Source: the human T2T-CHM13v2.0 reference genome, Homo sapiens
Reading direction: 5' to 3' (one strand)
NCBI RefSeq assembly: GCF_009914755.1
Contig: NC_060941.1
Length of the DNA stretch: 64,000 bases
The stretch's first letter is position 1, and each line of letters opens with the position of its first letter. Of this stretch, positions 49,804 through 64,000 are shown piece by piece. The notes beneath the pieces were generated by a model. The model ran no database searches. It worked only from the letters and a program-made list of their open reading frames with translations, and was not told the origin of the DNA. Position numbers and translations under genes: made by a program.

Positions 49804-50759
49804 TGGTCATATTGTCGGGGTTCTTTAGCCATTAGGTCTCAGAAATTAGCCTGAATTTAGCCAGACATAGTAGCACACGCCTATAGTTCCAGCTGCTTGA
49901 GAGGCTGAGGCGGGAAGATCACTTGAACCCAGACTGCAGTGGGCTATGATGGTGTCACTGCACTCCAGCCTGGGTAACACAGTGAGACTCCATATCAAAA
50001 AAAAGAAAAAAAGAAAAAAAAAAGAAAAGGAAAGAAATTAACCCGAATTTGTGGTTTCTAACTTGGCAATTAGTCTTTCTTTGACCCCAAGTTTAGACTC
50101 AATATCTTCACTAAGAGCCAGCCCAGGGGGTGCAACTTGGAGCACCAGAATGTTTGTGTAATACTAGCCATGGTAAAGAAGGTGTCCCAGGCTCTCCTGG
50201 TGGAGGCAGGCTCTGCTCTACTTAACTCTACTCCAGGCAAGAGCAGACAAAGAGCAGACTCTTTAGACTGGTAAGCAGAACAGACTCGTCCCTCAAGGAG
50301 CTCCCAGACCAGGGAGGGGAGGAGACTGTAAATATTCACCATGCCGTGGTAACAGCAGAGATGGAGCACAAGGGGAAGTTCAGAGAAAGATCTCAGAAGA
50401 GAGGTACTTTGTCTAACCTGAGATTTAGGGAAAGTTCTCCTGAAGATGATGACTGGTCTACATGACCTGAGCCGAGATGGGAATGAGTTGAAAGGTAGGC
50501 TTGTGAAGAAGCAGGAGAAGAGCATTATAGATAGAAAACTCAAAGGCATCAGAGGCCCCAAGCTGCATGCTATGATATTGGGATAATAGTAGTACAAACA
50601 TAGTGCAAGACAGTGGTGTAAAGTGAGATATTTGCTTCTGAGCCATTTCCCTTCTGTTGCCACTTCCTCTTCCTCTTTTAAGTGAAACATTACTAGCAGC
50701 CTAATAATTATCATAGCTGACATATATTAGGTGTTTTTTGTTTTGTTTTGTTTGTTTTG

Positions 50760-53207
<2,448 letters not shown>

Positions 53208-53422
53208 GAGAAAAGGAAAAGTAGTCATGATCCCTCCCTTGGACTCATTTCCAGTGTAAAGGTTATTAACCTTTTTGTAATTGGGATGTATTATGAATGA
53301 CTGCTCAATTCAACAATGTACCTTTTTCCTCAGTAATTCCTAAAGAAGTCATAGAATGTATGTATTTCTTTATTGAATAAAGTCTATTAAAATTATTGTG
53401 ATTCTAAGGCATCTTAGGGAAT

Positions 53423-53548
53423 TTCATTATGTCTCCTAAAGCTAGACTCAAAAATAGAATTAGGAATTATTCTTCTTTAGCAACCTTCATTATGTCTCTT
53501 AAAGCTAGACTCAAAAATATAATTAGGAATTATTCTTCTGTAGCAACC
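53423..53548. repeat. 63-bp tandem duplication (2 copies, 3 mismatches)
   Basis: ttcattatgtctc(c/t)taaagctagactcaaaaata(g/t)aattaggaattattcttct(t/g)tagcaacc repeated twice. Confidence 0.95.
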
Positions 53549-53740
53549 TCAAGCAGTCCAGGATCAGTCCTCAGCTCCACCTTTTGTGACAGTGGGCAGG
53601 CACATTCATGCTCTGACCCTCAGGCTTCTCTTCATCAAATAGGAGCCTTGTGTTAGATTATCTCTGAGGTTTTTTCACAACTAGCATTTTGTGGTTCAAT
53701 AAACAGAATAATTGTCCTGCAAATAGGTACGTACCCTAAA

Positions 53741-54374
<634 letters not shown>

Positions 54375-55339
54375 ACCCCAAAGCCATTGCTTTTTATCCC
54401 ATTTTGTGAAAGTCAGTGTCACTATTTCCCTACTGTGAGCTTGCTTATTTCTGCCTTTTATCCTTAGCCTGAAACAAGTTGTGAATATCAAATTTCCACT
54501 CACTCCATTGCTTTACCTATGAAATAAATTCCCAGAACTTAGAATAGTTAACAGCAATCTGTTTCCTAGAACTAGCTGCCAGGACTACACCTGGACATCT
54601 GTTATTTACAGCCTCATTATTGACATTTTGTCAATAGTTCTGACCTATGCCATGTAATCTGTTATAGTCATAGCATGCCTTCCTGGAAATTTTCATTTGC
54701 CTCTATTCCTATTGTATTATTTGGGTTCTTTCCATATTTGTTTGTTCAAGATTCTCTCATCATTAAAAACAAATAAACAAAAACCTCTACTTAACCCTCC
54801 TCATCCCATTACTGCTCTACTTCTCTTCCTTCATAACCAAGTATTATCTACATGCATTGTCTTCACATCCTGTTATTAATTCCCCAATGCATTAAATTCT
54901 GGCTCATCGTCCTACTACTTCTCGCTGCCATTGAAGCTCCTCTTTCCAGAGTCACTGGTTACTTCCTATTTGTGAAATCAGTAGGAAGCTTTTCAGTCCC
55001 AGTCCTACTGGACCTCTCAGCAGCTCTGGCCAATGCTGACCACTCCCCCAATCCAGAAACCACTCTTGGCTTCTGTAACAGTCCCTGGCTCCAGCTGTCC
55101 TCCTACCTCCTTACTTCCCTGGCCACTTGGGTCGGTCACCTTCAGCCATTCTTGTCATCTGCCTGGTCCTCTATGATTCTCAGTGTTCGATGCACACTCT
55201 GTAGTTGTGATTGAGGTATTTACAAAAAACTGGTGCCCCACTGAGCCAGGTTCACGTGGAAGTTGGGATGAAACAGGATTCTGAGAGGACATGGGAGGAA
55301 CATGGGTTTCACTTTGTTTCTTTATTAATCTTTGAAATG

Positions 55340-56050
55340 TGTTTGTTTATTCATTTAGCACTCATTTTTTGAGCATATACTATATCTCAAATATCAGGTC
55401 CTAGGAGTACAAAATGGCAAGTCAAGTCCTTGCCCTCAAGGAGCTTGCAGTCTAGGAAAAGCCAACAAACCAACTAATGATGTGAGGACAGCACACAAAG
55501 GTACCATGGACTCAGATGCAGGAGCCAGGAAAGACACTAGAGACAGGTTGCCTGTGATCTGAGCTTTAAGAGACAAGTAGGAATTAGCCAGGTGCATTCC
55601 ATATGAGTTCTTCCAGATAGCTGGAGTCCACATGCCTGAGGGAATATGACAGAAGATCAAGTGAGGGAGCCAGGCAAATGCCAGATCACAAAGACCATGT
55701 GTCAGGTGAAGGTTATGGAATTGAAATGTCTTAAAACTATAAGGAGCTTTGAAGTACGTCAAAATGGGCAATAAATTGATCTGATTTTCATTTTAGAAAG
55801 ACTTCTTTTGACAACACTGTGGAAAGCAGCTTGGGAAGGGGGCTCCAGACTTGGTGCAGTGGAACCAATAGGTATGGTCACGTGAGAAATCAGAGTCAGA
55901 AAAAAAAGCAGTGGCAGGGGAAATTGAGAGGAGATAGTTTCTAGTGCTGCTACAGAGGTAGCTATTCTAAGGCTTGATGACCAATTGGTTGTCAAAGATA
56001 AGAGGGAGGAAAAAAAACAAAGGGTCTCCCAGATGTGTGCATTTAGTGAC
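55340..56050 (-). mobile_element. L2 fragment
   Basis: ttattcatttagcactcatttttgagcatatactat...ccttgccctcaaggagcttgcagtctag...gatctgattttcattttagaaag. Confidence 0.75.
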
Positions 56051-56673
56051 TGCATAATGCATCACCTCCACTAAATGATTCATCTGTTCTTCATCCCTGT
56101 TAGTCTGGACACCAAAAATATCACTCTGCCTAAAGGGGGGAAACATTTCTTTGAGGGAAAACCCTTTTGCCCTATAGCTAAACTAAGCCATTGGAAACTT
56201 TTTAGGGCAGAAATGTCAGAGGCATGAACAGGGCTTCTGGAGGAGGGTGAGGTCTCCAGGTTCTCCTGGCTAGTGAAGAGGCTCATGTTCTCATTAGCAA
56301 ACTGATGGCCTCCATCGATGGCCGTGATACTCACAGGGCGTGGTTCAAAGCCCCAGATCATCAGGGCTTCTAGAGTCTACTTAATCAGGACAGGCATTTA
56401 TTTAAAGTGCTCTGAAGCTAACTGTCACAAATAGGGAACCTTAGTACTGGTCAGTTGGGAACCAAGGTTATTACCAAGAAGATAGTGTCAGGTGTCAAGT
56501 GTGGAAGTCAGGACAAGGCCAGATGTAGGAGATAAGAGTGAAACCAGACGTGAGAAGGTTGGAGCGTGTAAAGGAAATGGGTCACAGGACAAGCAGTTCA
56601 GACCTGAGGCCAAGAAGAGGAAGGCAAGAGTTCTCTTGCGGATCTCAGCTAGAAAACATTGCTGTAGAACATA

Positions 56674-61624
<4,951 letters not shown>

Positions 61625-62779
61625 AAATTCATTTCTACAACCTAATTTTTGACATATTTTAGATGCCAGTTCATTTACTGTAAGGCATAAGATTAGACTT
61701 GTTGGCATCAAAGGACTGTGACTTCTAAATGAATGCATATAATAAAGAGATATTTTGCCTGCAAGGCCAATGAGACCCACTTAGGATGGTCTTAGGCTCA
61801 GCATTATCCTTGAACAGATTTATGCATATTTCTAACTTTTAAATTTTCATTTACATTTGTTTATTTTATTATACTTCCCAAGAGAAGATTTTCTATAGAA
61901 GTTTTATTAAATTCTTCCTATTGTACCTAAACTCTGTCCCCATTGTCCTTCTCTTGCTCCAGATTGTCATATCTCAGACTGATGTGTCTATCAGAGGCAC
62001 AGGGACCTCAACAGCACACGCCAGTGAGTCAGTCATCAGATTATAGTAGCCTGGGAATGGGGTGAATACAGGCTTGAAGTGGACTAGTATCTATTTCCAA
62101 GGAGGCCCAATCTATTGGGTAAGCCATTGCAGCAAGTGTTTCTAGCTAACAAGATGGTCAGAGTCAGGCAGGGGGGCCTTGCTGTGATTCTGGGTTGACC
62201 TTGTTTGGAGCTAGATGACTATAGCCAGCATCTAGGAGAGAAAACTGGTTCAAGTCACTAGGCTTGGAAATGTCATCTTGCCAGACCCTCTTATGGTCTT
62301 GACTAACTGGGCTGGGTTTATTACCAGTAGAGGAACAGACAACTACATCAGGGCAGAAGCCCAGGCACATGGACATGGAAAAACATATGCATCACTGAGG
62401 AAGAGCCTAGAGCTTGATGTACACACAGATGCTTGAGGTTCACCCTGGTCCATTGGATACTGGGTCTAAAATATGTTTTCACATTGGTAATTCTAGGCCT
62501 TATCTGCTCCTGGGGGCAGAGGTCCCACCAAATGGTGCCTGCATGGGTCCATACTGACTGTACTTGAGAGAGGCTAAGGGTCCTATAAGACTGGAGAAAG
62601 AGGGTTGATGGAAATAGATTAGCCTTGATTGCCTGGAGAATGCCAGCTGGTTTTCAGCCCCCAATACTTTGGAGCAGAATTAGTTAACTTTGAGTGATGG
62701 GTGGATCTTTCTTTTCTTCTAATTTAACTTTCTGTTCATGTTTAGCTTACATACAGTATTGGGTCATTTTTTGCATAAC

Positions 62780-63308
62780 TTTTTTTTATTTCTAACAGAC
62801 TTTATTTTTTAGAGCAGTTTTAAGTTCACAGCAAAATTGAGCAGAAGTTATAGCCCTTGCCCCACGCATGCACAGCCTCTCTGGTTATCAGCATCCCCAA
62901 CCCAAATGGTACATTTGTTACACTTGATTAGCCCACATTGATTGACACATAGTTATCACCTGGAATCCATAATTTACATTAGGCATTAGGGTTCACTCAG
63001 TGTTTTTTTTGTTTTGTTTTGTTTTGTTTGAGATAGAGTCTCGCTCTGTCACCCAGGCTGGAGTGCAGTGGCACGATCTTGGCTCACTGCAACCTCTATC
63101 TCCCGGGTTCAACCAATTCTCTGCCTCAGCCTCCTGAGTAGCTGGGATTACAGATGCCTGCCACTACGCCTGGCTAATTTTTGTAGTTTTAGTAGAGATG
63201 GGGTTTCACTATCTTGGCCAGGCTGGTCTTGAACTCCTGACCTTGTGATCCACCCACCTCGGCCTCCCAAGGTGCTGGGATTACAGGCATGAGCCACCAT
63301 GCCTGGCT
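62780..63308 (-). mobile_element. L1M 3' end fragment followed by an antisense AluS (63020-63308)
   Basis: ctttattttttagagcagttttaagttcacagcaaaattgagcagaag...tggtacatttgttaca; canonical Alu body. Confidence 0.8.
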
Positions 63309-64000
63309 CACTAGGTGTTTTTAAAAGGAAAAAAAATCTCACTTACTTTGAGAAGACTCTTGTGCTTTCACATGTATAAATATAAGCACTAAAATCACAT
63401 GAACATACATTCATTTGAAGTTTTCAAGGAAATAATCATGAAATGTTTCAGATTATTATTTAAGTAAAAAATTTTTCTAGGAATGCATGGACCCCTGAGA
63501 ATTTAGCCACAGACTCTCAGGGATTTGTGGACCTCAATTGGAAAACATTGCTGTAGAACAGTAGTTCATTTTGAACTCATTTTTGCAAGCTAAATTTTGA
63601 CATGTTTTAGATGCTAATTCTAGGAATGTTCTCCCTTTTCTAAGAAAAGTCCAAGCATTTTTTACCTGCTCTAAAAGAATATCAACGGCTTTTATGTTTC
63701 AGAGACTGGATGCAAGAGATTGTTTAACAAATCCCATCCCATCCCTGAGAATGTGTCTAGGCATTTGCTCTTTGCAAAGCCAGATGCAACATTCATAATA
63801 ACTAAGGCTATCTTCTGGCCAGCACTGCAAGTGTATCTTTTGTCTACATTCTTAAGTAACCACATCAAATAGCATCAACCCACTTGGAAATAATTTTGAA
63901 GTGATTTGGATCTCTCTTGTATATTTTCCCTATAAATCCCTAGCCTGGTAGGCGTGTATATTTTCTGCTGCAATATTTAATGCTTAGTTCCTTGCCTACA

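Noticed and set aside
50070-50723. 217-aa minus-strand ORF
   Set aside because: Overlaps degenerate L2-like sequence; no recognisable protein features; probably a chance ORF.
56214-56230. tgtcagaggcatgaac, resembling the MER41 LTR start, close to the ERV
   Set aside because: Only about 11 matching bases with no continuation; consistent with chance.

Overview
Human genomic DNA (a diagnostic human-specific AluYb8 lies at 28988-29301). The window is non-coding and repeat-dominated, either intergenic or intronic. I see no recognisable protein-coding exon, RNA gene or CpG island, and I cannot name the locus. Nearly all ORFs in the track are Alu-, LTR-, L1- or L2-derived. By eye there are roughly 85-95 Alu elements or fragments (about 40% of the window), old L1M/L2/MIR fragments, DNA-transposon MITEs (MER44, MER47, Tigger2-type, MER53, MER5), solo LTRs (LTR8, MSTA, MER52, MLT1/MLT2) and a two-LTR MLT1A-type MaLR element. 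All repeat family names are from recall of consensus sequences, not from a search. The most unusual signals are: (1) a MER41 ERV at 56674-61624 built like an L1-retroposed mRNA (R-U5-int-U3-R-polyA, 9-bp TSD) with an intact tandem GAS/STAT pair; (2) two compound templated insertions (3283-3663 and about 12811-13195), each an inverted copy of nearby DNA joined to a short copy of the same L1M donor at 6122-6968; (3) several smaller template-switch scars; (4) a 24-nt polyadenylated micro-retroposon with a 14-bp TSD; (5) a repeat-free, motif-dense block at 37.3-38.3 kb that may be an enhancer. These are mutational and regulatory observations, not evidence for a new gene system.
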